From contig CP096135.1 of NCBI GenBank assembly GCA_023213195.1, positions 404,923-468,922 on the forward strand: DNA of 64,000 nucleotides, written 5' to 3'. Positions within the stretch are counted from its first letter, which is position 1. Each line of letters begins with the position of its first letter. Below are positions 63,535 to 64,000 of this stretch, piece after piece. The notes beneath the pieces were generated by a model. That model was not told where the DNA came from, searched no databases, and saw nothing but the letters and a program-made list of their open reading frames with translations. This DNA is from Sphingobacteriales bacterium JAD_PAG50586_3 (GTDB lineage: Bacteria > Bacteroidota > Bacteroidia > CAMBQF01). The position numbers were made by a program, and so were the translations under genes.

Positions 63535-64000
63535 TTATGCCTTTAAAAGCTCGGTCATTGATAAGGATAAATCGAAGAAAAGCACCTTGGAATTAGCGTT
63601 GCGCTCTACATGCTCGCAGGCGCGGTTTAGCTCGGCAATAATGCGTGGCCCGTTGGTGTTGCCAATAAACCTGCCAAACTGGGTAACAAAGGTTAGTTCC
63701 TCGCCGGTAAGCTTAACGTTATTAGGGCCCAAGTGGTTAAAAATTACACACTCGCGTATTACACCTAAGCCATAAATTAAAAACGATTTTTGCGACTCGC
63801 GGCCTTCTTTAGAAAAGCTCTCAACCCAATTGTACAAGTCTTGTATTTTATTGCCGTAGCAATCCCTCATCCACTGGCGAAAAACAGGGAAGTTAGAATC
63901 AACCTCCTGGTTTAGCAGGCGTTGTGCTTCGCGGTAGCTGCCCCCGGCTAAAAATGCTATGCTTTTCGCCTGACTGGCGGGTACGTTATGCAAAAACTCC
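63535..64000 (-). CDS. holB: DNA polymerase III delta-prime subunit, C-terminal part (runs off the window)
   Basis: AFLAGGS...A, GRESQKSFL.Y, ELNRACEHVERNANSKVLFFDLS typical of the Bacteroidota HolB C-terminus. Confidence 0.8.
   Translation of the reverse strand, partial: EFLHNVPASQAKSIAFLAGGSYREAQRLLNQEVDSNFPVFRQWMRDCYGNKIQDLYNWVESFSKEGRESQKSFLIYGLGVIRECVIFNHLGPNNVKLTGEELTFVTQFGRFIGNTNGPRIIAELNRACEHVERNANSKVLFFDLSLSMTELLKA

Noticed and set aside
1-64000. tRNA, rRNA, tmRNA or riboswitch
   Set aside because: No cloverleaf or conserved RNA motif recognised by eye in the intergenic regions; an Infernal/Rfam scan would be needed to exclude small RNAs.

Overview
64 kb of a Bacteroidota chromosome. 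Evidence: TAnnTTTG promoters, gldH, ten type IX secretion (T9SS) C-terminal domains, and a bS22-like ribosomal peptide. Core genes (pdxA, purD, rng, hup, meaB, a polyprenyl synthase, PSP1/ricT-gldH, holB) are mixed with many secreted-protein genes and a dense set of palindromic repeats. About 20 frameshifts break otherwise intact genes; they sit in homopolymer runs or at CC(A/T)GG and are best read as long-read consensus errors. No rRNA, tRNA, CRISPR-cas or prophage was seen. Two candidate undescribed systems stand out. (1) A modular surface-fibre system: four signal-peptide-bearing collagen-like proteins share one ~110-aa N-terminal domain, differ in their C1q/BclA-like, phage-tail-like or Gly-rich tips, and lack a T9SS signal; two of them are directly preceded by near-identical minimal T9SS substrates (~55-aa peptide + CTD) that may be adaptors or anchors. 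A T9SS-secreted lysyl-oxidase homolog with catalytic residues intact lies in the same window. (2) Two gene-less arrays (16.3-16.9 kb and 39.7-40.7 kb) that each start with the same orphan promoter (TTGACAAA-N12-GTTGTATCTTTGT) and continue as a short TACWGC repeat alternating with different palindromic cassettes; one lies next to a REP-associated tyrosine transposase (RAYT). Also noted: a palindromic element inserted in frame in a glycosyltransferase, a four-helix-bundle gene in a heptamer inverted-repeat cassette, and two real small genes missed by the ORF track.
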